Source: Planctomycetota bacterium
GTDB taxonomy: Bacteria; Planctomycetota; Planctomycetia; Pirellulales; UBA1268
DNA length: 64,000 nt
Direction of reading: 5' to 3'
NCBI GenBank assembly: GCA_016872555.1
Contig: VGZO01000004.1
Location: forward strand, 3,382-67,381
The notes beneath the pieces were generated by a model. It worked only from the letters and a program-made list of their open reading frames with translations. It ran no database searches and was not told where the DNA came from. How positions within the stretch are numbered: the stretch's first letter is position 1; every line of letters starts with the position of its first letter. This document shows positions 43,830 to 53,637 of this stretch, one piece after another. The position numbers and the translations under genes were made by a program.

Positions 43830-44984
43830 TCACGCCCTGCCGTTGGTCCATGGTTGCATCCGGACGACCAGCTCGTCGTAGCCGAGGCGCCGCTCGTAGG
43901 CCGCCGTCCGCTCGACCCGGTCGCGCTTCGAGACCAGGTCGATCCGCCCCACGCGGGTCACCAGCGCCCCGAGCAGCGCCTTCATCACCGTCCGCGAATG
44001 GGCCGCGCCGAGGCACAGGTGCGGGCCGAACCCGAAGGCGACGTGGGGATTGGGGCGGCGGTCGAGCCGGATCGAGAGCGGCCCGTCGAACACGCGCTCG
44101 TCGAGGTTCGCCGATGCCCAGCCGAGCGACACGCGCCCGCCGGCGGCGACCGGCACGCCGTGGATCTCGGCCCCCGCGGGGCAGACCCGGCCGATATGTG
44201 ACAGCGGCATGAACACGCGAAACAGCTCCTCGGCGGCGTGGACGATCCGCTCGGGATCGGCTCGGAGCCATTCCAGGTCGGCCGGCACCGCGGCGAGGTG
44301 GCCGATCGCACAGGCCACCGAGTGGATGATCGTGTCGCGGCCGCCGGCGAAGGCGAGGTTCGCGAACCCGAGCATCTCGGCGCGCGACAGGGCGCGGCCG
44401 CGGTAGCGGGCCTGGACCAGGAGCGAGAAGAAGTCGTCCCCCGGGCTCGCCTCGGCGCGGTCGAACCGGTCGGCGAGGTAGGCCTCGAGCTGGCGTGCCT
44501 TCGCGAGGCCGTCGGCGCCGTGGAACACGTGCACGCCCCAGCCGATCCAGGTCTCGGCCTCGGCGGCGGGCACGTCGAGGAGCACGGCCAGGGCGCGCGA
44601 CTGGAGCGGCAGCGCGAACCCCTCGACCACCTCGACCGGCGCCCCTGCCAACGCCCCGTCGAGAAGGTCGGCGACGATCCGCTCGACGCGGGCGATGAAC
44701 TCGGGCTGCCGCGCGCGGAGGAAAAACGGCTCGACGAGCCGGCGGTAGTCGCCGTGGTCGGGGGGATCGACCTCGATCGGCAACTGGCGGACGCTGCGCA
44801 GCTCCTCCTCCGACGGGATCGGCACGCGGAACGGCGCGTCGGAGCTGAACGACTGCCAGTCCTTCGCCGCGCGGCGGACCTCGTCGTGGCGGAGGAGCAT
44901 CGGGATCTCCTCCCCCTGGAACGGGCAGCGGAGCACGCCGCTGTCGCGCCGTGCCGCGCCGAACGGGTCGTCGATATCGTGCAT
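43830..44984 (-). CDS. Cytochrome P450
   Basis: Inside ORF 43830..45092. Heme-thiolate loop FGFGPHLCLGAAHSR and ExxR (AEELFRVF) are present. ATG at 44984 is preferred, because the GTG at 45092 would overlap the chemoreceptor gene's end. Confidence 0.85.
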   Translation of the reverse strand: MHDIDDPFGAARRDSGVLRCPFQGEEIPMLLRHDEVRRAAKDWQSFSSDAPFRVPIPSEEELRSVRQLPIEVDPPDHGDYRRLVEPFFLRARQPEFIARVERIVADLLDGALAGAPVEVVEGFALPLQSRALAVLLDVPAAEAETWIGWGVHVFHGADGLAKARQLEAYLADRFDRAEASPGDDFFSLLVQARYRGRALSRAEMLGFANLAFAGGRDTIIHSVACAIGHLAAVPADLEWLRADPERIVHAAEELFRVFMPLSHIGRVCPAGAEIHGVPVAAGGRVSLGWASANLDERVFDGPLSIRLDRRPNPHVAFGFGPHLCLGAAHSRTVMKALLGALVTRVGRIDLVSKRDRVERTAAYERRLGYDELVVRMQPWTNGRA

Positions 44985-45069
44985 CTGCCGTGGCCACCGG
45001 TGGAGTCGCCGCGGCGTCGCCCACGGCCGCCCGATGATAGCCGAGGCGCTACCGACCCGGGCCGGCTGC

Positions 45070-46548
45070 TCAGCTTTGCCGGGCGAGGCCACCGCGCCCC
45101 ACGGCCTGCTCGAGTGCCGTGACGACGTCGCCGAGGCTTCCCGCTTGGGCTGCCAACTCCTCGGCCGCCGCCGATCCCTGCTCGGCGGTGGCCGCAGTGG
45201 TCTGCGTGACCGATTCGATGCGCGCTAGCGCCGCCGCCATCCGCTCGACGGCCGCCTGCTGCTCACGGCTCGAGGCACGGACCTCGGTGACGAGTGTGCG
45301 CTCCTCGTCGGACCGGGCCGCGAGCCCGCGGATCGCGGCGGCGACCGCGTCCATCCTTTCGCGCCCCGCGCGGGTCCGCTGGATCGAGGCCTCGATCAGC
45401 GCCGCCGTCTCGCCGGCCGCCGCGGCGCTGCGCTGGGCGAGGGAACGGACCTCGTCGGCGACGATCGCGAACCCTTGCCCGGCCTCACCGGCGCGGGCCG
45501 CTTCGACGGCGGCGTTGAGGGCGAGGATGTTGGTCTGCAGCGCGATCTCGTCGATCGTGCGGTTGACCGTCGAGATCCGCTCGGCGGCGGTGCTGATCTC
45601 CTCCATCGCCACGACCAGACCCGACAACTGCTCGACCGCCGCGGCGAACTCCCCCTGCTCGCGGTCAACGAGCTCGGCGACGGCGGTGCTGTGGCGGACG
45701 TTGGCGGCGGCCTGCGACGACAGTCCGCGGGCCGCGGTCGTGATCTCGTTGACGGCGTTCACTTGCTCGCTGGCCCCGTCGGCGAGCGACCGGCTCGACG
45801 ACGCGACCTGCATCGCGCCGGCCCCGACCCCGTCGCTGACGGCGGAGACCTCGGTGATCGCCCCGCGCAGCGACGCGGCGTGGCGCCACAGCGCCAGCGC
45901 CGCCGACGCGGCGGCGATCACCACCAGCCCGATCCCCGCCGACAGCGCCCGCTCCGCCCAACGCCTCGCGGCGGCGACGGCGGCGGCGGTGCGCGTGTCG
46001 AGCAGCTTCTCGAACCGGGCGATCGGTGCCATGATCCGCTGCTTGTCGGCGTGGTAGGTGGCGTCGTGCATCAGCCGCACCGCGAGGTCGCGGTCGGGGG
46101 GCCCGGAGCGCGTGTAGCCGCCGCTCCCGTCGTCGAACCGCCCCTTGACGGCGTTCATCGCGATCGTCTCGGTGTTCACCAGCGCGTTGGATTCGTCCTC
46201 GGAGCGCTTCAGTTCGGCGAACTCCCCGGCGCTGAACCCCTGCTCCTCCATCAACCGCCGCAGCGCCACGGTCCGGCCGTCGGGGCGCGGTGTGGTGCCG
46301 TTGCGCACGGCCAGCACGCGCCAATACTCCGCCTCGTAGCGCTCGTCGCCGGTCACGCAGTACGTCCGCGCGAGGCGCGTCAGCTCGTCCGAGCTGGTGC
46401 GGAGCTCCTCGGCGAGGGCCAGCGAGCGGAAACGCGTCTCCTGGGTGCGCGTGATCGCCCGGAGCGTGGCGTAGGACACGAGGGCCAGCACGCCGAGGAC
46501 GACGATCGGCCCGAGCGTGGCGAGTTGGAGGCGGCGGATCGTGTTCAT
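45070..46548 (-). CDS. Methyl-accepting chemotaxis protein
   Basis: The last 492 codons of the 1605-aa track ORF 45070..49887, ATG at 46548 ([23 protein letters not shown]). Two TM segments flank a sensor domain. The highly conserved signalling hairpin is [40 protein letters not shown]. Confidence 0.9.
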   Translation of the reverse strand: MNTIRRLQLATLGPIVVLGVLALVSYATLRAITRTQETRFRSLALAEELRTSSDELTRLARTYCVTGDERYEAEYWRVLAVRNGTTPRPDGRTVALRRLMEEQGFSAGEFAELKRSEDESNALVNTETIAMNAVKGRFDDGSGGYTRSGPPDRDLAVRLMHDATYHADKQRIMAPIARFEKLLDTRTAAAVAAARRWAERALSAGIGLVVIAAASAALALWRHAASLRGAITEVSAVSDGVGAGAMQVASSSRSLADGASEQVNAVNEITTAARGLSSQAAANVRHSTAVAELVDREQGEFAAAVEQLSGLVVAMEEISTAAERISTVNRTIDEIALQTNILALNAAVEAARAGEAGQGFAIVADEVRSLAQRSAAAAGETAALIEASIQRTRAGRERMDAVAAAIRGLAARSDEERTLVTEVRASSREQQAAVERMAAALARIESVTQTTAATAEQGSAAAEELAAQAGSLGDVVTALEQAVGRGGLARQS

Positions 46549-46722
46549 GGGCGACCGGAACGGGCGGACAGGATGGCGAACCGAGTCTAGTTCGCGAACT
46601 GATGGCCGGGGCGGCCGCCGGGGGCGCTGGGTCGATTGCCCCTCCCCACCGTCCGCGATAGGCTTTTTCGGGGCGAAAGTGGGGATCCCCCCCTGTCGCC
46701 CCCACCGCAGGGGGTCGTCTCG

Positions 46723-47799
46723 ATGTCCGCTCCGATCCGCGTTCTGGTCGTCGGCTGCGGCCACATGGGCACCTCGCACGCCCGGGCCTACGAGAAGCTC
46801 GACGGCTTCGAGCTGGCCGGCGTGGTGTCGCGCGGCGCGGCCTCGCGGCAGAAGCTGCTCGCCGACCTCGGCGTCGACCGGCCGCAGTTCGACGACTTCG
46901 GCACGGCGCTCGCCGCGGTCCGCCCCGACGCGGTGTCGATCAACACCTACCCCGACACGCACTACGACTACGCCAGCCGGGCGCTGGCCGCCGGCTGCCA
47001 CGTGTTTCTCGAGAAGCCGATGGCCGAGACGGTCGAGCAGGCCCGGGCGCTGGCCGCGGCCGCCCGGGCCGCCCGGAAGAAGCTCGTCATCGGCTACATC
47101 CTCCGCGTCCACCCGACCTGGGCCCGGTTCGTCGAGATCGCCTCCGGCCTCGGCCGGCCGCTGGTGATGCGGATGAACCTCAACCAGCAGTCGAGCGGCC
47201 CGCAGTGGCAGACCCACAAGATGCTGATGCAGTCGATGTCGCCGATCGTCGACTGCGGCGTCCACTACGTCGACGTGATGTGCAAGATGACGCGCTCGCG
47301 CCCCGTGCGCGTGTCGGCGATCGGCGCCCGGCTGACCGACGACCTGCCGCCGGGGATGTACAACTACGGCCAGCTCCAGGTCTCGTTCGCCGACGGCTCG
47401 GTCGGCTGGTATGAGGCCGGCTGGGGCCCGATGATGAGCGAGACGGCCTACTTCGTGAAGGACGTCGTCGGGCCGAAGGGATGCGTGAGCATCACCGGCG
47501 TGCGCGAGGGGGACGCCGCCAGCGACGACGTCAACGCCCACTCCAAGGCCGCGCTCCTCAAGGTCCACCACGCCGACCTCGACGCCACCGGCGCCTTCGC
47601 GCGGAAGGACGAGTGGATCGGCTTCGCCGACGAGCCCGACCACGACGGCCTCTGCGAGCTCGAGCAGCGCTCGTTCCTCGACGCCATCCGCCGCGACGTG
47701 GATCTGTCCGACCACCACGAGGACGGTGTCAACAGCCTGAGGATCGTCCTCGCGGCCGACGAGTCGTTCCGCACCGGTAGGACCGTGGACCTGGACTGA
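46723..47799 (+). CDS. Gfo/Idh/MocA family oxidoreductase
   Basis: Inside ORF 46636..47799, ATG at 46723. Rossmann motif [12 protein letters not shown] and the EKP motif (FLEKPMA) are present. Confidence 0.85.
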   Translation: MSAPIRVLVVGCGHMGTSHARAYEKLDGFELAGVVSRGAASRQKLLADLGVDRPQFDDFGTALAAVRPDAVSINTYPDTHYDYASRALAAGCHVFLEKPMAETVEQARALAAAARAARKKLVIGYILRVHPTWARFVEIASGLGRPLVMRMNLNQQSSGPQWQTHKMLMQSMSPIVDCGVHYVDVMCKMTRSRPVRVSAIGARLTDDLPPGMYNYGQLQVSFADGSVGWYEAGWGPMMSETAYFVKDVVGPKGCVSITGVREGDAASDDVNAHSKAALLKVHHADLDATGAFARKDEWIGFADEPDHDGLCELEQRSFLDAIRRDVDLSDHHEDGVNSLRIVLAADESFRTGRTVDLD

Positions 47800-47835
47800 A
47801 CCCGCGGCCCGGCCGTGGGGGCGAAAGGGCGCGCG

Positions 47836-50064
47836 ATGCGATCCACCACCGCTGCACCGCGCCGCCGCACCGAAGCCGTGATCGTGGCGCTGCTGGCGGC
47901 GTGCATGGGCGCGGAAACGCACGCCGAGGGCCCGGCCGAGCCGGTGCCGAGCTTCGCCAACGACGTCGTCCCGCTGCTCACCAAGGCCGGCTGCAACGCC
48001 GGCGCCTGCCACGCCAAGGCGGGAACCGGCCAAAACGGCTTCCGCCTCTCGCTGCTGGGGTTCGAGCCGGCCGAGGACCACGAGCAGATCGTGATCGCCG
48101 CGCGCGGCCGGCGGATCGACCGCGCCGCTCCGGCGGAAAGCCTCCTGGTGCGCAAGGCGACGGCGGCGGTCCCGCACCGCGGCGGCCAGCGCGTCGCGCC
48201 CGGCTCCCCCGGCCACGACCTCCTCGTGCGCTGGATCGCGGCCGGCGCCCCGCCGCCGCGGGCCGACGAGCCGCGCCTCGAGCGGCTCGAGGTGGCACCC
48301 CGTGAGGCCCTCCTCGGCCCCGGCGCGACGGTCGGGCTTTCGGTCGCTGCCGTCTACGGCGACGGCACGCGGCGCGACGTGGCAGCGCTTGCCCTCTACG
48401 AGTCGGCCGACCCCGGACGGGTGGCCGTCGACGACTCGGGGGTCGTCCGCGCCCTCGGTCCGGTGGGGCGGACGGCGGTGATGGTCCGCTACGGCGGCCT
48501 GGTGGCCGTCGCCGCGGTCCTCGTGCCGCGCGACGGGCCGGCGCCGCGGTATCCCGAGCCGCGCTCGTTCGTCGACCGCCACGTCTTCGCCACGCTCGGC
48601 CGGCTCGGGATCCCCACCGCCGCCGAGTGCGACGACGCCACGTTTCTGCGCCGGGCCAGCCTCGACCTCACCGGCAGCCTGCCCCCGGTCGAGCGGACGC
48701 GCGATTACCTCGCCGACACCTCCCCCGACAAGCGCGACCGGCTCGTCGACGAGCTGCTCGCCAGCGGCGACCATGCCGATTTCTTCGCCGGCAAGTGGAC
48801 GGCGCTGCTCAAAAACCGCCGCGACGAGACGAGTGACATCGCCGGCACGTTCGCGTTCCACGCCTGGGTGCGCGACTCGTTCCTCGCCAACAAGCCGTTC
48901 GACCGGTTCGTGCGCGAGCTGCTCGCGGCGACCGGCAGCGTCGTCGGCAACCCGCCGGTGGCGTGGTACAAGCGCGTCCGCGACCCGGTCACCCAGGCCG
49001 AGGACGTCGCGCAGCTGTTCCTCGGCGTGCGCCTCCAGTGCGCCCAGTGCCACCACCATCCGTTCGAGCGCTGGAGCCAGACCGACCACCTGGCGTTCAC
49101 GGCGTTCTTCACACAGGTCGGGCGGCGCCCCTCCGGGATCCGCGGCGAGGACCTGATCTTCCACCGCCGCGGCGCCGCCGTCGCCCGCCATCCGCGCGGC
49201 GGGGCGACGGTCGCGCCGGCGGCGCTGGCAACTCCGGCGCCGGCGCTGGCGCCGGACGACGACCCGCGCCTGGCGCTCGCCGACTGGCTCACCGCCCCCG
49301 ACAACCCCTGGTTCGCGCGGGCCCTGGTCAACCGGACCTGGAAGCACTTCCTCGGCCGCGGCCTCGTCGAGCCGGAGGACGACCTCCGCGAGACCAACCC
49401 GCCGACCGACCCGGAGCTCCTCGACGCCCTCGCCGCCGACTTCGTCGCCGGCGGCTTCGACCTGCGCCGCCTCCACCGCACGATCGTCACGTCGCGCGTC
49501 TACCGCTCGAGCGCGCTGTCGGCCGACGGCTCGGCCAGCGCCGTCGACGGCCTGGCGGCATTTCGGCCGCGGCGTCTGTCGGCCGAGGTCCTGCTCGACG
49601 CGATCGACTGCGTCGCCGGCACGCGGACCAGTTTCGCCAACCTCCCCGCCGGGACCCGCGCCATCGCGCTGCCCGACAACGCCTACACCCAGGCGACGCC
49701 GTTCCTGCGGATCTTCGGCCGCCCCGACAACTCGAGCGCCTGCGAGTGCGAGCGCGTCGATACGCCGAGCTTCGCCCAGAGCCTCCACCTCCTCAATGCC
49801 GCGGCGCTCCGCGCCAAGTTCGCCGCCGACGACGCCTGGCCGGCGCGCACGGCGGCCGACCCGCGGCCGACGTCGGCGCTCGTCCACGAGCTCACGCTCG
49901 CCGCGCTGTGCCGCGAGCCGCGGCCCGAGGAGGTGCTGCTGGCGTGCGCGTTCGTCGATGCGGCGCCGCCTTCAGGAGCCGACGCCGCGCGGGTCCGCCG
50001 GGAGCGGTTCGAGGACCTCCTCCGCGCCCTGCTCGACACCAAGGAATTCCTGTTCAACCACTGA
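47836..50064 (+). CDS. DUF1549/DUF1553 (PSCyt2/PSD1) domain protein
   Basis: Inside ORF 47815..50064, ATG at 47836 with a signal peptide. [36 protein letters not shown] and [14 protein letters not shown] are hallmark blocks of this planctomycete family. Confidence 0.85.
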   Translation: MRSTTAAPRRRTEAVIVALLAACMGAETHAEGPAEPVPSFANDVVPLLTKAGCNAGACHAKAGTGQNGFRLSLLGFEPAEDHEQIVIAARGRRIDRAAPAESLLVRKATAAVPHRGGQRVAPGSPGHDLLVRWIAAGAPPPRADEPRLERLEVAPREALLGPGATVGLSVAAVYGDGTRRDVAALALYESADPGRVAVDDSGVVRALGPVGRTAVMVRYGGLVAVAAVLVPRDGPAPRYPEPRSFVDRHVFATLGRLGIPTAAECDDATFLRRASLDLTGSLPPVERTRDYLADTSPDKRDRLVDELLASGDHADFFAGKWTALLKNRRDETSDIAGTFAFHAWVRDSFLANKPFDRFVRELLAATGSVVGNPPVAWYKRVRDPVTQAEDVAQLFLGVRLQCAQCHHHPFERWSQTDHLAFTAFFTQVGRRPSGIRGEDLIFHRRGAAVARHPRGGATVAPAALATPAPALAPDDDPRLALADWLTAPDNPWFARALVNRTWKHFLGRGLVEPEDDLRETNPPTDPELLDALAADFVAGGFDLRRLHRTIVTSRVYRSSALSADGSASAVDGLAAFRPRRLSAEVLLDAIDCVAGTRTSFANLPAGTRAIALPDNAYTQATPFLRIFGRPDNSSACECERVDTPSFAQSLHLLNAAALRAKFAADDAWPARTAADPRPTSALVHELTLAALCREPRPEEVLLACAFVDAAPPSGADAARVRRERFEDLLRALLDTKEFLFNH

Positions 50065-50160
50065 GTGCCCCCGTGTCCCGTGGCCGCAGCCCCGCTGCCC
50101 TCGTCCGTCCGGGTGGCGGTTGACCTGGCCGACCGCCCCACAAGTCGCCGGAGCGTGCCG

Positions 50161-52218
50161 ATGAACCTTCGTGCCGCCGCCTTGTCGTTCCTCACGGCGC
50201 TCGCCGCCGCCCCGGCGGCGGCGCAGAGCGTCTGCCTGCCGCTGCCGCGCCTGCTCACGATCGTGCCGCCGGGGGGGCAGGCGGGGACGACGGTGGACGT
50301 GACGATCGGCGGCGAGGGGCTCGAGGAGGTGGAGCGGCTGGTGTTCTCGTCGCCCGGGATCGGCGCCGAAGCGCGCCACGATGCCGAGGGCAAACCGATC
50401 CCCGGCGGATACCGGGTCACGATCGGCGCCGACGTGGCCGAGGGGGTCTATGAGGCGGCGGCGCTGGCCGGCCTCGGGATCTCTTCGTCGCGCGTGTTTT
50501 CCGTCGGCACGCTTCCGGAGCAGACGGCCACCGCGCCAGTCACCGATCCGGCGACGGCGCTGCCGATCGCGCTCGGGAGCGTCACCAACGGCCAGGTCAC
50601 GGCCCAGGCGGTCGACCACTACTCGTTCTCGGCCCCGGCCGGCACGCGGATCGTCGTCGAGTGCGCGGCGCGGTGGATCGACTCGCGGCTCACGCCGGTC
50701 GTCGTGGTCGCCGATGCGGGCGGCCGCGACCTCGCCGCCGACCGGCGCGGCGAGCCGCTGGCGTTCACCGTTCCCGCCGACGGCCGCTACCTGGTCAAGG
50801 TCCACGACCTGTCGTTCCAGGGGGGGCCGGCGTTCTTCTACCGGCTCGTCCTCCGCACCGTCGCCGCCGACGCCGTGCCGCCGCGGCACCCGGGCACGCG
50901 CGCCGTGCTCGCCGCCTCGTGGCCTCCGCCCGGCATCCCGGAGTCCGCGACCGCCGACGAGAGCGAGCCCAACGATCCGGCCCATCCACGGGCGATCGCG
51001 CTTCCCTGCGACCTCCACGGGCAGTTCGCCACCGCCGCCGACGTCGAGGCGTTCGAGTTCGACGCCACGGCCGGCGACGAATGGTGGGTCGAGGTCGCCT
51101 CGGAGCGCCTCGGCCGACCGACCGACCCCGCGGTGGTCGTCCAGCGCCGCGTCGACGACCCCGCCGGCGTTCGCTGGGAGGACGTCGCCGAGCCAGCCGA
51201 CATCGCCAGCCCGATCAAGCCGTCGAGCAACGGCTATTCCTACGACGGTCCCCCCTACGATGGCGGCAGCGCCGACGTCCTCGGCAAGGTGGCGATCACC
51301 ACGACGGGGCGTCATCGGCTTCTCCTCCGCGACCTGTTCGGCGGCACGCGGGCCGATCCTGCCAACGCCTGGCGGCTGATCGTGCGCCGGCCGGCCCCCG
51401 ACTTCGCCCTGGTCGCCTGGGGGCTGCACATGGAGCTGCGCAACGGCGACCGCGCCGCGCTCTCCAAGCCGCTGGCGCTGCGCCGCGGCGGGAGCGTGGC
51501 CCTCGAGGTCGCGGCGCTGCGGCGCGACGGCTTCACCGGGCCGATCGATCTGGCGCTCGAGGGGCTGCCCGCAGGGGTCGAAGCCACGGGCCTGCGGATC
51601 CCGGAGGGAGCGTCACGCGGCCTGGTGGTCGTCAGCGCGACGGCCGACGCCCCGCGCGGGATGGCGACGGCGACGCTCGTCGGCCGGGCGGCGATCGGCG
51701 GCGCGGTCGTCGAGCGGCGCGGGGCGGTGGCGTCGATGGCCTGGCCGGTGCGCGACGCCTCCCAGGAGATCCCGCTGCCGCGCCTCCTGGCCACGCTGCC
51801 GGTGTCGGTCGGCGGCGTTGAGACGTTTCCGATCACCGTCACCGCGGAGCCGGTGGCCGTCGTCGCCGGGACCAGCGTGGAAGTGCCTCTGGCGGTCGAG
51901 CGGCGCGGGCCGTTTTCGGGGGCCACGACCCGCCTCAGGGTCGTGGGAGCGCCGTTCGACCGGGCCGCGGATGTCGAGCTCCCGCTGGCCGAGGGGGGGG
52001 CCAAGCTCGCGCTCGACCTGAAAAAACTGGCCGTGCCCCCCGGCGACTACACGATCTGCCTTGTCGGGGGCGGGGTGACGTCGTATCGGCCGGCGACGCC
52101 GGTCGCGAAGGGCCCCGGCAGCGCCGCTCCGCCCCCGCAGGACATCGCCGAGATCATCGTGTCGCGACCGATCCGCATCCAGGTCGCCGCACCCCCTCCG
52201 GAGGGTTCCACGCCATGA
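50161..52218 (+). CDS. Secreted protein with Ig-like and pre-peptidase-C-terminal-like domains, function unknown
   Basis: Inside ORF 50065..52218. ATG at 50161 (MNLRAAALSFLTALAAAPAAAQS). DHYSFSA..G..L..VHDL-type PPC-like blocks occur twice. It sits in the usual slot between DUF1553 and DUF1501 genes. Confidence 0.45.
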   Translation: MNLRAAALSFLTALAAAPAAAQSVCLPLPRLLTIVPPGGQAGTTVDVTIGGEGLEEVERLVFSSPGIGAEARHDAEGKPIPGGYRVTIGADVAEGVYEAAALAGLGISSSRVFSVGTLPEQTATAPVTDPATALPIALGSVTNGQVTAQAVDHYSFSAPAGTRIVVECAARWIDSRLTPVVVVADAGGRDLAADRRGEPLAFTVPADGRYLVKVHDLSFQGGPAFFYRLVLRTVAADAVPPRHPGTRAVLAASWPPPGIPESATADESEPNDPAHPRAIALPCDLHGQFATAADVEAFEFDATAGDEWWVEVASERLGRPTDPAVVVQRRVDDPAGVRWEDVAEPADIASPIKPSSNGYSYDGPPYDGGSADVLGKVAITTTGRHRLLLRDLFGGTRADPANAWRLIVRRPAPDFALVAWGLHMELRNGDRAALSKPLALRRGGSVALEVAALRRDGFTGPIDLALEGLPAGVEATGLRIPEGASRGLVVVSATADAPRGMATATLVGRAAIGGAVVERRGAVASMAWPVRDASQEIPLPRLLATLPVSVGGVETFPITVTAEPVAVVAGTSVEVPLAVERRGPFSGATTRLRVVGAPFDRAADVELPLAEGGAKLALDLKKLAVPPGDYTICLVGGGVTSYRPATPVAKGPGSAAPPPQDIAEIIVSRPIRIQVAAPPPEGSTP

Positions 52219-53630
52219 GCGATCCCGCCCAGCGCCCCTGCCCCGGGCCACTTGCCCGGCGCGGCTTCCTCTCGATCGGTCTGGCCGGCGGCTGCGGCAT
52301 CGCCGGCAGCCTCGCGCTCCCCGACCTGCTGCGCCTCCGCGCCGAGCAGCCGCTGCCGGCGGCGAAGCGGACGAAAGTGATCATGGTCTGGCTGCCGGGG
52401 GGCTGCTCGCACGTCGACACCTACGACCCCAAGCCCGACGCCGCGGCCGAGTATCGCGGACCGTTCAGCCCGATCGCCACCAGGCTTCCCGGCGTGTCGT
52501 TCACCGAGCTGCTCCCGCTGCAGGCGGCGTTGGCCGACCGGGTGGCGATCGTGCGCTCGATGCAGCAGACCGCCGGCGGCCATCCGGCCGGCTCGATGCA
52601 GATGCTCTCCGGCGACCCCGACACGCGCGACAAGCCGAAGCCGAAGCTCCCCGACTGGATGTGCGTCACCAATTACCTCCGGAGCCGCTCCGGGCCACCG
52701 GCCGGGGCGCTGCCGCGCTACGTCGGCGTCAATCCGCCGCTGGAATACAACGGCCCGGCTTACCTCGGCGACGCCTGGCAGCCGTTCGTGGTCAGCGGCG
52801 ATCCCAACGCCCCGTCGTTCGCCGTCCCCGACCTCGGGCTGCCTCCGGACGGAGACCGGCGCCTCGGCGCGCAGCTCCGCCTCCGCCGCCAGTTCGACGC
52901 CTTCCGCCGCGAGTTCGACCGGCGCCTGGAGATGGACGCGATCGACGCCTTCGAGGCCCAGGCCGTCGGGCTGCTCACCGACCCGGCGGCGCGGCGTGCC
53001 TTCGACCTCACGCTCGAGGACGACGCCACCCGCGACCGCTACGGCCGCAACGCCTGGGGGCAGCAATTGCTCATGGCCCGCCGGCTGGTCGAGGCCGGGG
53101 TCGAGGTGGTGACGACGAGCCTCGCCGGCCCGCTCTGCGGCCGTGTCCACAATTGGGACGACCACGCCGTCAACCACCACGTGTTCGATGCCCTCCGCTT
53201 CCGCGCCGGCGCCTACGACCGCGCGGTCTCGGCGCTCGTCGAAGATATCTTCGCGCGCGGCCTCGACGACGAGGTGCTCGTGGTGGTGACGGGCGAGTTC
53301 GGCCGCACGCCGCGGATCGAGTATTCGCCGAGCACCGGGGCCGGCGACGCCAGCGCCCCGGCCGGCACCACGCAGCCCGGCCGCGACCACTGGCCGCGCG
53401 CCTATTCCAATCTCTGGGCCGGGGCCGGCGTGACGCCGGGGGTCGTGATCGGCGCCACCGACGCGCGCGGCGAGGACGTGACGGAGCGGCGGATCACCGC
53501 CGGCGACTTCCTCGCCACGATCTACCACCACCTCGGGATCGACGCGGCCCGGGTCACGATCGACGACTTCAACGGCCGGCCGACACCGCTGGTCGACCAC
53601 GGCGCGCCGGTGCCCGAACTGGCCGGCTGA
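52215..53630 (+). CDS. DUF1501 domain protein (sulfatase-fold), Tat signal
   Basis: ORF 52215..53630 with an ATGA overlap with the upstream gene. RRGFLSIGLAGG twin-arginine N-terminus. GEFGRTPRI and GRDHW blocks are typical of DUF1501. Confidence 0.85.
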   Translation: MSDPAQRPCPGPLARRGFLSIGLAGGCGIAGSLALPDLLRLRAEQPLPAAKRTKVIMVWLPGGCSHVDTYDPKPDAAAEYRGPFSPIATRLPGVSFTELLPLQAALADRVAIVRSMQQTAGGHPAGSMQMLSGDPDTRDKPKPKLPDWMCVTNYLRSRSGPPAGALPRYVGVNPPLEYNGPAYLGDAWQPFVVSGDPNAPSFAVPDLGLPPDGDRRLGAQLRLRRQFDAFRREFDRRLEMDAIDAFEAQAVGLLTDPAARRAFDLTLEDDATRDRYGRNAWGQQLLMARRLVEAGVEVVTTSLAGPLCGRVHNWDDHAVNHHVFDALRFRAGAYDRAVSALVEDIFARGLDDEVLVVVTGEFGRTPRIEYSPSTGAGDASAPAGTTQPGRDHWPRAYSNLWAGAGVTPGVVIGATDARGEDVTERRITAGDFLATIYHHLGIDAARVTIDDFNGRPTPLVDHGAPVPELAG

Positions 53631-53637
53631 GCGCCCG

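Noticed and set aside
45070-45092. GTG 45092 as the P450 start
   Set aside because: It would overlap the chemoreceptor 3' end by 23 nt and add a non-conserved 36-aa extension. ATG 44984 gives a normal P450 length.
46589-46600. Perfect 12-bp palindrome AGTTCGCGAACT in the chemoreceptor/oxidoreductase divergent intergenic region as an operator
   Set aside because: By rough estimate, tens of 12-bp palindromes are expected by chance in 64 kb. There is no second copy or adjacent regulator gene to support it.
46549-49887. N-terminal 1113 codons of the 1605-aa minus-strand ORF 45070..49887
   Set aside because: Only the last 492 codons (from ATG 46548) form a coherent chemoreceptor. The remainder is antisense to the Gfo/Idh/MocA and DUF1549/DUF1553 genes and has shadow-ORF composition.
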